Part shown: in pieces, positions 41,026 to 50,763 of the stretch
Position numbering within the stretch: position 1 is the stretch's first letter
Layout of the letters: each line of letters begins with the position of its first letter
NCBI GenBank assembly: GCA_963529725.1
Contig: CAUSAW010000001.1
Span: forward strand, 7,339 to 71,338
Length of the DNA: 64,000 nucleotides
Direction: 5' to 3'
Source of the DNA: an uncultured Kingella sp.
Lineage (GTDB): Bacteria > Pseudomonadota > Gammaproteobacteria > Burkholderiales > Neisseriaceae
Notes under the pieces: model-generated
Database searches by the model: none
Seen by the model: the letters and a program-made list of their open reading frames with translations, nothing else
What the model was told of the DNA's origin: nothing
Translations under genes and position numbers: made by a program

Positions 41026-42120
41026 ATGGGCTCATACATCACTTACCAAGAATCCATTGATTTGAGCGACGCCGAATTCAGCGAACGAGAATTTGCCGAA
41101 TGGGAAACACAGCTTGCCGAATGCGCCTATGTGCAGACCTCGCGCAACCTTGCCCAAATCGGTGCGGACAAGCTGAAAAAACTCAACGAACGGATTTTCG
41201 CCAAACACCCTCATGTCGCCCTGCGCCTGTATTGGCAAAAAAAGCCCAACCTTACCCTGCTGCGCCATCTGCCCGATTTGCAAAACCTTTGGGTGGAGAA
41301 CGACAACGAACACCCCGCCACCCACCTTGAAGCACTCGCCCACCTGCCCAAGCTCAAAAGCCTTGTGCTCACTGCCGACGGCTTGGACAACTTGGATTTC
41401 TTGCAGCACGTCAACCCCGATTTGGAAAAACTCCTGCTGCGGTGCGACTATCACAAAGCCAAATTCAACCTTGCCCCCGTTGCCCGCTTGCAAAAACTCA
41501 AATTCCTCAGTATCAGCAACTGCGAAAAAGGCCTGCCCGAGCTGATTTCCCAACTGCCCGAGCTGGAAACCCTGCATCTGCGCAGTATCTCCAACAAAAT
41601 CAGCAGTCTGAATTTTCTCGCCCAATACGAAAAACTGCAAAGCCTCACCCTGCAACTGTGCGCCTTTGAAAACCTCGACGCGCTCGCTCGCCTGCCACGC
41701 CTGCGCTATGTGCAACTGTGGCGCACGCCCAAAATCAGCAGCCTAAGCCCCATTGCCGCCCTGCCCAATCTGCAATACCTGTTTATAGAAACCCTAAACA
41801 GCATCAGCGCCCTGCCCGATTTTTCCCGCGCCGCCAAACTGCGCCGTGTGGACATTGTCGCCTGCAAAAACATCACCGATTTTCGTGGACTGCAACACGC
41901 CCCTACCCTGCGTGAACTGTTGATTGACAACAACAACTTCACCCCACCCGATATTGAAATCTACACCCCCGCCCTGCGCAACCCCAGCCTGCAACGCGCC
42001 AGCATCTCCTGCTACCAAACCCGCACTCGCGAAGCCTTAGCGCAACTGGTGGCGCAGCACGGCAAGGATAAGGGCGAAGCACCGTGTTACTGCGACAATA
42101 GGTTTGTGTTTGACGATTAA
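41026..42120 (+). CDS. Cytoplasmic leucine-rich-repeat protein
   Basis: About ten LxxLxxLxL repeats (LPDLQNLWV, LPKLKSLVL, LQKLKFLSI, LPELETLHL...); RBS GGGAG; no signal peptide. Confidence 0.85.
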   Translation: MGSYITYQESIDLSDAEFSEREFAEWETQLAECAYVQTSRNLAQIGADKLKKLNERIFAKHPHVALRLYWQKKPNLTLLRHLPDLQNLWVENDNEHPATHLEALAHLPKLKSLVLTADGLDNLDFLQHVNPDLEKLLLRCDYHKAKFNLAPVARLQKLKFLSISNCEKGLPELISQLPELETLHLRSISNKISSLNFLAQYEKLQSLTLQLCAFENLDALARLPRLRYVQLWRTPKISSLSPIAALPNLQYLFIETLNSISALPDFSRAAKLRRVDIVACKNITDFRGLQHAPTLRELLIDNNNFTPPDIEIYTPALRNPSLQRASISCYQTRTREALAQLVAQHGKDKGEAPCYCDNRFVFDD

Positions 42121-42238
42121 AGCCGCACAATTCAGGCAGCCTGAAAGCATGTAAACAAACGTTTCAGGCTGCCTTTGAGTGGATAGGTACATTCAACATT
42201 TCGCTTATCGCACCCATCATCCAAAGGCAGCCTGAAAA

Positions 42239-43954
42239 CTATCTCTCACGCTTCAAAAACATTCCCAACGCGCTATTGCGCTGTTCATCGTGCGCACAGG
42301 CAGCCTGAAAGCTGGCTTCGTCGCCCCAATACACAAATTGCTGCTTGGCGCGGGTGATGGCGGTGTACAGCAGGGCGCGGCTGTATTGGGCTTGCGCGGG
42401 GGCAGCAAACCACACTTGCTCGTATTCCGAGCCTTGGCTTTTGTGGGTGGTGATGGCGTAGGCGGTTTCGTGTTCGGGCAGGCGGCTTAGGGGGATGCTG
42501 CGGTAGCCGTGTGCGCTGGGTTGTTCGCTGGGAAAATAGGCGCGTAGGTCGCTGCTGCGTGTGGTTTCGTTTTCAGGCTGCATAATGATGCCAATGTCGC
42601 CGTTGTAAAGTTTTTGGCTGGGGGCGTTGCGAGTAATCATGATGATTTGCCCTGCGTACCACGTGGATTGCGGGCTCGTGTGTCCGTGTTGTTGCAGCAG
42701 CGTGCGATAGAGTGTGTTGATGTGGTCGGCATCGTGGCGCAGCGCGGTGAGCACAATCAGGCGGCTTTGTTCGGCGAAAGCAGCGGTGATGTTGCCTGCG
42801 CGGATGGCTTGCCAATAGGCGGTGTGATGCTGATAGATCTGGGCGACAAGGGCGGCGGGGTTGCGCAGCTGGCTGGAAAGTTCGCGCGGATGCTCGGCGA
42901 TGGCGTGCCACGCGCTTGCGCTGCCTTGTTGCACGGCGCGGGCGAGGTTGCCGATGCCACTTTGGTTGTGGAAGCGGTGGCTGATGGTGAGCCGCGCGTG
43001 TTGCTCGGCGAGGGTGGGAAAGTGGGGAACATCGGGCAGCAGTTGGCGCAGTGCGGCGGTGGTTTCAGGCTGCATCTGGTGATTGTGGCTCAGCGCATCC
43101 AGCACCGCGCCCGCGCCAACAGATGGCAGTTGGTCGGCATCGCCCAGCAAAATCACGCGGCAATGGCTGGGCAGCGCGGCGAGCAGTTGATACAGCAGGT
43201 GGTTGTCCATCATTGATGCTTCGTCAATCAGCACGCAATCCAGCGGCAGGCGGTTGTGTGCGTGATATTCAGGCTGCATTTGCGGCGGTTTTAAGCCGAG
43301 CAAGCGGTGCACGGTTTGCCCTGTTAGGTTGGCGAGATAATGCCGCGCGGCGGGGTCTAGATTGGGGATGGCGGCGCTGGCGCGGTGCAAGGATTCGGTT
43401 AGGCGGGCGGCGGCTTTGCCAGTGGGCGCAACCAGCGCGGTGCGCGGCGCGGGGTCGCGGTGCAACAGCGCGAGCAGCTTGGCAACGGTGGTGGTTTTGC
43501 CTGTGCCCGGCCCGCCGCTAATCAGCACAAAATTTTTCAGCAGGGCAAGCGCGGCGGCGGCGCGTTGGTCGCGGCTCATGTCGTCGGCAAACCAATCGGC
43601 AAGCAATTGCGCCAAGGGTTTTTCAGGCTGCATCGGCGCATGGGCGGATAGGCGCTGGATTTCGGCAGCAAGCTGTTTTTCCAGATGCCAATATTTGGCG
43701 ATAAACAGCCGTCTGCCGTGCAACACGATGGGGCTGCTGGCATCGCTGCCCACCAGCGGCGCGGCTTGGGCGAGCGCGTCGGCTTCCGCTTGGCTGATGT
43801 AGATAAACGTGTTGCCATGCGACAGCGCGGCAAACAGGCGCTCCACAAACGGCGCAACGGTTTCGGCGGCGGCAGGCGCGATTTGCGCGAACAGGCGGTT
43901 CACGGATTGGGCGGCGGGGATAGAATCGATGTCGGGGATGTCGGTGATGTTCAT
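42239..43954 (-). CDS. recD: Exodeoxyribonuclease V alpha subunit
   Basis: ISGGPGTGKTT, APTGKAAARL, DEASM, LGDADQLPSV, YNGDIG, HKSQGSEY, YTAITRAK. Confidence 0.93.
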   Translation of the reverse strand: MNITDIPDIDSIPAAQSVNRLFAQIAPAAAETVAPFVERLFAALSHGNTFIYISQAEADALAQAAPLVGSDASSPIVLHGRRLFIAKYWHLEKQLAAEIQRLSAHAPMQPEKPLAQLLADWFADDMSRDQRAAAALALLKNFVLISGGPGTGKTTTVAKLLALLHRDPAPRTALVAPTGKAAARLTESLHRASAAIPNLDPAARHYLANLTGQTVHRLLGLKPPQMQPEYHAHNRLPLDCVLIDEASMMDNHLLYQLLAALPSHCRVILLGDADQLPSVGAGAVLDALSHNHQMQPETTAALRQLLPDVPHFPTLAEQHARLTISHRFHNQSGIGNLARAVQQGSASAWHAIAEHPRELSSQLRNPAALVAQIYQHHTAYWQAIRAGNITAAFAEQSRLIVLTALRHDADHINTLYRTLLQQHGHTSPQSTWYAGQIIMITRNAPSQKLYNGDIGIIMQPENETTRSSDLRAYFPSEQPSAHGYRSIPLSRLPEHETAYAITTHKSQGSEYEQVWFAAPAQAQYSRALLYTAITRAKQQFVYWGDEASFQAACAHDEQRNSALGMFLKRER

Positions 43955-44073
43955 AATTTTAGATAAGATAGGCAGCCTGAAAACGAAAGGGCGAAGTGCC
44001 GTTTTCAGGCTGCCTGATGCGCGATGCTTGCTCTGCCAAGGCAGCCTGAAACGAAATTCAGCGTAGCGAAAAC

Positions 44074-44102
44074 AAAAAACACCGCCATTTTAGCGGTGTT
44101 TC
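44074..44102 (-). terminator. Terminator of mscL
   Basis: AAACACCGC-CATTTTA-GCGGTGTTT with an A tract that reads as a T tract on the minus strand. Confidence 0.65.
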
Positions 44103-44111
44103 CGGAAAGGC

Positions 44112-44546
44112 TTATTTTTTCAACGAATCGCGGATTTCGCGCAGCAGCAACACTTCTTCGCTTGGCTCGGCGGGCGCTTCTTCAACCGCCTCGGGCGCTT
44201 TTTTCAGCGTGTTGATGGCTTTCACCACCACAAAAATCGCCGTTGCCACAATCAAAAAGCTGATGATGGTGTTGATAAACGACCCCACATTCATGGTCAC
44301 CGCGCCATCGGCTTTGGCGGCGGCAAGCGTGGCGTATTCCATGCCTGCGGTTTTGCCGTGTTTGAGCGTGAGGAACAGGTTGGAAAAATCGATGCCGCCC
44401 AACACAATCCCAATGGGCGGCATAATCACATCGTCCACCAGCGATTTCACAATCCCGGAAAACGCGGTGCCGACCACCATACCGACTGCCAAGTCGATAA
44501 CGTTGCCGCGCATGATAAAGTCTTTGAATTCTTGTTTAATTGACAT
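44112..44546 (-). CDS. mscL: Large-conductance mechanosensitive channel
   Basis: [26 protein letters not shown]. Confidence 0.97.
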   Translation of the reverse strand: MSIKQEFKDFIMRGNVIDLAVGMVVGTAFSGIVKSLVDDVIMPPIGIVLGGIDFSNLFLTLKHGKTAGMEYATLAAAKADGAVTMNVGSFINTIISFLIVATAIFVVVKAINTLKKAPEAVEEAPAEPSEEVLLLREIRDSLKK

Positions 44547-44712
44547 TTGAGATTTCCTCTCAGCAAGGTTGTAAAGCGCGGCATGATACTGATTTTTTTG
44601 AACATGGGAATTTTTAAAATACTATTGCCGCAAATTCTATTATTGCATTTGGCTATTTAAAGGCAGCCTGAAAACGGATTTCCCATTTCAAGCTGCCTTT
44701 TAAATCGGCTGG

Positions 44713-46053
44713 TTATTTAGCCAGTTTGCTGATAACAAATCCCAGCGCAAAGCCCACTACCGCAGGCAGCAACCAGCCCAAGCCCGAGCCGTACAGCGGC
44801 AGATTCGCGCTGAAAAAATTATCCAAATTGCTCACAAAATCCGATTTCATATCCATAAAACTTTCAAACGTTTTCCAGCCGTCAAACAGCGCCATCACGC
44901 CTGTTGCCAGCATGGTGGTGATGTAAACCACGCGCTTGCCGCCAAAGAACGGATGCAAAAACGCCAGAATAATAATCGCCATGGTGAGCGGATAAAGCAG
45001 CATCAACGCAGGAATGGATAATTTGATGATCTCTTTTAGCCCGAAGTTGGCAAAGCCAAACGACACCAGCGTAAAAATCACCACCCATTTGTGATACGAA
45101 AGCTGCGGCATCAAGCGGTTGAAATACTCGCCGCAAGCGGTAATCAAGCCCACAGATGTAGACAAACACGCCAGCAACACAATCACCGCCAGCAAAACCT
45201 TGCCGCCCAAGCCAAAGTAAAACTCTGCGCTTTTAGACAACACGCTCGCGCCGTTTTCTTGCATGCCCAAGCCTGCCACGCTGGTTGCGCCCATGTAGGC
45301 GATGAAAATGTACACCAGCGCCAAGCAGCCCGCTGCCACCAAGCCTGCGCGCGTGGTCAGGCTTAAAACGTGCTTGGTATCGGTAACGCCCATGCTGCGA
45401 ATCGCGTCAATCACAATGATGGCGAACACCAGCGAAGCCAGCGCATCCATCGTGCCGTAGCCCTCGATGATGCCTTTGGTGAACGCGCCCGCCTGATAGG
45501 CTTCGGCAGGCGTTTGCAACGCGCCCATCGGTTTCGCCGCGGCGGTCAGCACCAACACCGCAATCGCCAGCAGCAAAGCCGGGGTTAAGATTTTGCCAAT
45601 CCGATCCACCAGTTTGCCGGGGGAAATCGACAGCCAATACGACAAACCAAAAAACACCGCCGCAAAAACCGCCAAGCTGATTTGTTTGGCGCTTTCAGAC
45701 ACATCGCCCAAAAAGGGCACCACGCCGATTTCAAACGACACCGTTGCGGTGCGCGGGGTGGCAAAAAGCGGACCAATCGACAAATACAGCAACACCGAAA
45801 ACGCCACGCCATACCACGGTGCAACGCGCGAAGCCAGCTCCTGCACATCGCGCGAGCCCGAATAGCCAATCGCAATCACGCCCAGCAAAGGCAGGCCCAC
45901 GCCCGTAATCAAAAAACCGCTCAGCGCAGAAAACACCGCGCTGCCCGATTGTTGCCCCATCAGGGCAGGGAAAATCAAATTGCCCGCGCCAAAAAACAGC
46001 GCGAACAGCATCAAACCAGTGGCAACAAATGCCGATTTTTGTGTATGACTCAT
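44713..46053 (-). CDS. brnQ: Branched-chain amino acid transporter
   Basis: GLMLFALFFGAGNLIFP, PRTATVSFE, TMDALAS. Confidence 0.95.
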   Translation of the reverse strand: MSHTQKSAFVATGLMLFALFFGAGNLIFPALMGQQSGSAVFSALSGFLITGVGLPLLGVIAIGYSGSRDVQELASRVAPWYGVAFSVLLYLSIGPLFATPRTATVSFEIGVVPFLGDVSESAKQISLAVFAAVFFGLSYWLSISPGKLVDRIGKILTPALLLAIAVLVLTAAAKPMGALQTPAEAYQAGAFTKGIIEGYGTMDALASLVFAIIVIDAIRSMGVTDTKHVLSLTTRAGLVAAGCLALVYIFIAYMGATSVAGLGMQENGASVLSKSAEFYFGLGGKVLLAVIVLLACLSTSVGLITACGEYFNRLMPQLSYHKWVVIFTLVSFGFANFGLKEIIKLSIPALMLLYPLTMAIIILAFLHPFFGGKRVVYITTMLATGVMALFDGWKTFESFMDMKSDFVSNLDNFFSANLPLYGSGLGWLLPAVVGFALGFVISKLAK

Positions 46054-46400
46054 GATTTGTTAATTCTAAAAAATAGTTCGTTGAAAATAAAAACAAGCTG
46101 CATCACACAGCCTTAACGCAATATAACAGAGTTTTAACAAAAGACAAATGTTTTTACAGAAAGCAGCCGCGTTTTAACCCTTTTCAGGCTGCCTGAAACG
46201 CATCAGAAACAACACCGCACCCTATTTTGCTGCGCACATTGCCGCAAAGCTCTGCCCAATATTTCGCCATTTCACGCATTGCGCCGCGTACCACACCGCC
46301 CAGCCCCAGCATTCTCTTTCCAAATTAGGCAGCCTGAAACTTGCCCGCGCGCCGCCCAAATCACTATAATCCACCCCCTAAAAATTCCCACGCAACGCCC

Positions 46401-46856
46401 ATGCAACACAGCCAATTTCTCCCCAACGAAACCGCCACCCTAGCCCTTGGCGAACGCACCGCCAGCCTGTTTCGCGCCCCCTGCGTTATCCATCTGCAAG
46501 GCAACCTTGGCGCAGGCAAAACCACCTTCACCCGAGGCTTGCTGCGCGGCTTAGGGCACACAGGCGCAGTCAAAAGCCCCACCTACGCCATCGTAGAAAG
46601 CTACGCTCTGGCGCAAACCACCGTACACCACTTTGATTTATACCGCTTCACCAGCCCCGAAGAATGGCTAGACGCAGGGCTAGACGACCTAATCGCCAAC
46701 AGCATTGTGTTAATAGAATGGGCGCAACAAGGCGGCGAATACACCCCCACGCCCGATTACATCATCCACCTAGAGCCCCACCACAGCGGGCGGCAATGCA
46801 CCATCCAAGCCTGCACCCCAAACGCCCAAAAGGAACTCACCCAATGGCAAAAATAA
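46401..46856 (+). CDS. tsaE: t6A biosynthesis ATPase
   Basis: GNLGAGKTT, VKSPTY, HFDLYR, IEW. Confidence 0.95.
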   Translation: MQHSQFLPNETATLALGERTASLFRAPCVIHLQGNLGAGKTTFTRGLLRGLGHTGAVKSPTYAIVESYALAQTTVHHFDLYRFTSPEEWLDAGLDDLIANSIVLIEWAQQGGEYTPTPDYIIHLEPHHSGRQCTIQACTPNAQKELTQWQK

Positions 46857-48184
46857 GTCGCCGCGCCCTACTCGCGCTCGCCGCCCTATCCTGCACCATC
46901 CGCAACGCATGGGCAGCCAGCGCCAACACCTTTTTATCAGGCAAAATCGTTCCCAGCGGCAAAAACACCCGCATCACGCTAGAAAGCGCCCAGCGGCTCA
47001 AATACACCTATTTCATGCTAGACAAGCCCACCCGCCTTGTGATTGACATGATAGACATCGCCAACAACAACGCCCTAGCCGCCCTGCCCAAATCCATCAA
47101 AAGCAACGACCCCTACATCAGCAACGCGCGCATCGGGCAAAAAAACGCCACCACCACCCGCATCGTCTTCGATCTAAAACAACCCGCCAGCCCCCAATTC
47201 ACCGCCCACACCCCATCAGGCAGCCTGAAACACCGTTTGCAAATTGATTTGGGCAACGAAGCCAGCAGCACCACCCCCGCACCGCAAAACGCACAAGCCA
47301 AAACACCTGCGCAACAGCCAGCGCAACACCCCACACCCCACGAAGCCGTTGCCACCACGCCCGCCGCCGCCAGCGATGATCCGCTGATGGATTTGCTCAA
47401 CAGCAAGCAACAGCAGTCTCAACAACAAACCCAACAATCAAATCAACAACAAGCGCAACAACCGCCCGCCGCCGAACCCCAAGCCCCCGCCAGCAATCCC
47501 AAAATCAACCGCAAGCCCGTCATCGTGCTGGATGCAGGACACGGCGGCAAAGACCCCGGTACAACAGGCACCACAGGCATCCATGAAAAATCCGTGGCAC
47601 TCGCCACCGCGCTGGAAACCAAACGCCAACTTCAAGCCAAAGGCTACACCGTGCACATGACCCGCAGCGGCGACACCTTTATCCAGCTTGCCCAACGCCG
47701 CGCCGTTGCCCAGCGCGTGAAAGCCGATTTATTCATCTCCATCCACGCCAACGCATCCGCCAACCCCGCCAGCCAAGGCGCAGACGTTTACGTTTGGGGC
47801 AAAGCCAACAGCGAGCAAGCCCGCCAAATCGCCCTTGCCGAAAACGCCGCCGACAAAATTGACGGACTGCCCGATGTGGGCAACAAAAACGTCAACGCCA
47901 TCATCAGCGACATGATGCAAGCGCAAACCAGCACCGACAGCGCCAAATTCGGCAAACTGCTGCTCGCCCAATTTGGCAAATTCGCCAAGCTGCGCAAAGG
48001 CAGCGTGGAAACCGCCGATTTTGTGGTGCTACGTTCTATTAACGTGCCATCTGTGTTGATTGAGCTGGGCTTTTTATCCAACCCCGACGAAGAAAAACAA
48101 TTGAGCAACAACAACCAACGCCGCCGCTTTGCCATCTCCATCGCCGAAGCGGTGCAGCAATATTGGAAAACCGCCGCGCGGTGA
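46844..48184 (+). CDS. amiC: N-acetylmuramoyl-L-alanine amidase (Tat signal, AMIN and Amidase_3 domains)
   Basis: SRRALL Tat motif, LDAGHGGKDPG, FISIHANA, IELGFLSN; Q/P-rich linker. Confidence 0.92.
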   Translation: MAKISRRALLALAALSCTIRNAWAASANTFLSGKIVPSGKNTRITLESAQRLKYTYFMLDKPTRLVIDMIDIANNNALAALPKSIKSNDPYISNARIGQKNATTTRIVFDLKQPASPQFTAHTPSGSLKHRLQIDLGNEASSTTPAPQNAQAKTPAQQPAQHPTPHEAVATTPAAASDDPLMDLLNSKQQQSQQQTQQSNQQQAQQPPAAEPQAPASNPKINRKPVIVLDAGHGGKDPGTTGTTGIHEKSVALATALETKRQLQAKGYTVHMTRSGDTFIQLAQRRAVAQRVKADLFISIHANASANPASQGADVYVWGKANSEQARQIALAENAADKIDGLPDVGNKNVNAIISDMMQAQTSTDSAKFGKLLLAQFGKFAKLRKGSVETADFVVLRSINVPSVLIELGFLSNPDEEKQLSNNNQRRRFAISIAEAVQQYWKTAAR

Positions 48185-48273
48185 GAAAAGGCAGCCTGAA
48201 AACAAATGCCATACGTTTTCAGGCTGCCTTAAAGCAGATTTTAATTAACCAACCTTCTTAGAAAGACCGCCCA

Positions 48274-48501
48274 ATGATACATTTAACAGACGCCGAAAAA
48301 GCAGAGATGCGCGAAGCCATCAAGCAAGTGGATGCCATATTCGCGCTTGAAGGATTTGAAAAAACAGAACAAAGCAGAAAGATAGATGAAGCAATATTGG
48401 CAGGCAGCGTTTCCAATCAACAAGTGATAGACGAAATGATTGCCTATGTGAAGGAACACAAAACAACGGATGGCTTTATTGAAAGCCGAGAGTGGAAGTA
48501 A
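48274..48501 (+). CDS. VbhA-like Fic antitoxin (orphan)
   Basis: 75-aa helical protein with AIFALEG resembling the inhibitory (S/G)xxxE(G/N) motif; AT-rich; DUS pairs on both sides. Confidence 0.6.
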   Translation: MIHLTDAEKAEMREAIKQVDAIFALEGFEKTEQSRKIDEAILAGSVSNQQVIDEMIAYVKEHKTTDGFIESREWK

Positions 48502-48650
48502 AAAGGCAGCCTGAAAATGCAAAAGCACATGGCATCGTTTAAGCTGCCAACCCAAATGCCTTATCTCCATTTTCAGGCTGCCTCAATTTGATTCCCTTTA
48601 TTCAAACACGCTCATTCCATAACCTCATTATCCCGTCCAAAGGACACCCC

Positions 48651-48869
48651 ATGCCCAAACTTCTCCCCATCGCCCTACTCGCCCTTACCCTAACCGCCTG
48701 CGGCTTCAAAGGCGATCTCTACCTGCCGCAAGAAAACGACAAACACAAATTCGGTGTTATCCAAACAGGCATTGATTTCCGCCGCGACGCATCCGAGCCC
48801 GCCGCGCCCCAAGCCAATCCCAATGACTTTATCCGCAGCAACCCACACACCGAGACCCCACATGACTAA
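48651..48869 (+). CDS. lptM: LptM/YifL-like small lipoprotein
   Basis: LTAC-GFKGDLYLP directly upstream of lysA. Confidence 0.82.
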   Translation: MPKLLPIALLALTLTACGFKGDLYLPQENDKHKFGVIQTGIDFRRDASEPAAPQANPNDFIRSNPHTETPHD

Positions 48870-50082
48870 CCCCGCCATCGCCTACCCCCAACTCGCCCAG
48901 CAATACCAAACCCCACTCTATGTTTACCAAGAAACCGTGCTCAACCAAGCCTTTGAAGCCTATCAAACCGCATTTTCAGGCTGCCAACCGCTGATTTGCT
49001 ACGCCGTTAAAGCCAACAGCAATTTAAGCATCATCCAACACTTCGCCCGCCTAGGCGCAGGCTTTGACACCGTGTCGGGCGGCGAAATTGCCCGCGTGTT
49101 AGCCGTAGGCGGCGATGCGAGCAAAATCATCTTTTCAGGCGTGGGCAAATCCGTTGCCGAAATGGAATACGCGTTGGGCGCAGGCATCAAATGCTTCAAC
49201 GTAGAAAGCCTGCCCGAGCTGGATCGGCTGAACGAAGTGGCGGGGCGGCTGGGCAAAATCGCGCCCGTTTCGCTGCGCATCAACCCCGATGTGGACGCCA
49301 AAACCCACCCCTATATCTCCACAGGCTTAAAAGCCAACAAATTCGGCATCGCCATGCAAGATGCCGAACGCGCCTACGCCCACACCGCCCGCCTGCCGCA
49401 TTTGCGCATCATCGGCGTGGATTGCCACATCGGCTCGCAGCTCACCGACCTTTCGCCGCTGGTTGATGCCTGCGAACGCCTGATTGCGCTGATTGATAAG
49501 CTCGCCGCACAAGGCATCGCGCTGCAACATTTGGATTTGGGCGGCGGCGTAGGCATTGTGTACCAAGACGAACACACGCCCGATTTGTACGCCTACGCGC
49601 AAGCCGTTGAACCGCTGATTAAAGCGCGCGGCTTGTCGCTGATTTTGGAACCCGGGCGCAGCTTGGTCGGCAATGCGGGCGTGCTGCTTACGCGCGTGGA
49701 ATATGTGAAACAGGGCGAAGAGAAAAATTTTGTGATTGTGGATGCGGCAATGAACGATTTGATGCGCCCCGCGTTGTATCAGGCGTATCACGCGGTGGAA
49801 AATGTATCCCACCCCGATGCGCCCGCCATGCTTGCCGATATTGTCGGGCCCATCTGCGAAACGGGCGACTTTATCGCCAAAGAGCGACAAATCGGCGCGG
49901 CGCAAGGCGATATTTTGGCAATCCGCAGCGCAGGCGCATACGCCGCCAGCATGGCAAGCAATTACAACACCCGCTGCCGCGCCGCCGAAGTGATGATTGA
50001 CGCGCAAGGCAACAGCCGCCTGATCCGCCGCCGCGAAACGCTGGATGATTTGTTGGCGAACGAGCGGGCGTGTTTGCACTAA
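48862..50082 (+). CDS. lysA: Diaminopimelate decarboxylase
   Basis: YAVKAN, HIGSQ, LGGG, EPGRSLV, GPICETGD, MASNYN. Confidence 0.96.
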   Translation: MTNPAIAYPQLAQQYQTPLYVYQETVLNQAFEAYQTAFSGCQPLICYAVKANSNLSIIQHFARLGAGFDTVSGGEIARVLAVGGDASKIIFSGVGKSVAEMEYALGAGIKCFNVESLPELDRLNEVAGRLGKIAPVSLRINPDVDAKTHPYISTGLKANKFGIAMQDAERAYAHTARLPHLRIIGVDCHIGSQLTDLSPLVDACERLIALIDKLAAQGIALQHLDLGGGVGIVYQDEHTPDLYAYAQAVEPLIKARGLSLILEPGRSLVGNAGVLLTRVEYVKQGEEKNFVIVDAAMNDLMRPALYQAYHAVENVSHPDAPAMLADIVGPICETGDFIAKERQIGAAQGDILAIRSAGAYAASMASNYNTRCRAAEVMIDAQGNSRLIRRRETLDDLLANERACLH

Positions 50083-50087
50083 GCCTA

Positions 50088-50548
50088 ATTTGCCGCCGCA
50101 AAATGTTGAACGATTAGATTATTCGCTCGCCAACAAGCAACCCGATTGTTCATAAATGCCCAAAGGCAGCCTGAAAATGTGTTAAGCCGAAACAAGTTCG
50201 CGAACCCATTTTCAGGCTGCCTTTGCAATCGCACAAAGAAAGCCCGATAAAAACGCCTGATGATTTGCGCCACCGCTTTCAATCTACCAGCGCAAACTGT
50301 TAAGCAATTATTTGACACCAACACGCACGATTGTCTACATCTCATACTCAAAGGCAGCCTGAAAACAGATGAGCCGTTTTCAGGCTGCCTTATCTATTGA
50401 TTTTCACGCCAGCAATCGTGCAGAGAAACCGACAACGCCCGATGATTTACACCATCGCCCCAATCCACCCACGCAAGCCACCAAACAATTATTCGCCCGC
50501 CAACACACACGATTACCTACATCTCACACTCAAAAGCAGCCTGAAAAA
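50088..50548. repeat. Degenerate tandem repeat, ~185-bp units ending in DUS
   Basis: 'ATTATT...CCAACA...CGATT...CAAA(G/A)GCAGCCTGAAAA' ends at about 50177, 50365 and 50547. Confidence 0.7.
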
Positions 50549-50763
50549 AGCAGCCTGCACAGCAAAGTGAAGTTGCAAAACTAAAACCAATAAACCCCAA
50601 CCAATCCGCCCTACATTTTCAGGCTACCTTCATCATCCCAACCAACAACCACCTCCACCCCTTAATGTATAATCGCCCCCCTTTCAGGCAGCCTGAAACC
50701 CTCCTCCATTTTCAGGCTGCCTTATCGTTATCAAATCAACAAATCATCAGGAGTAAACACATC

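Noticed and set aside
47260..47510. Gln/Pro-rich CAA-repeat tract in amiC as a phase-variable repeat
   Set aside because: It is an imperfect, in-frame, low-complexity interdomain linker rather than a slippage tract.
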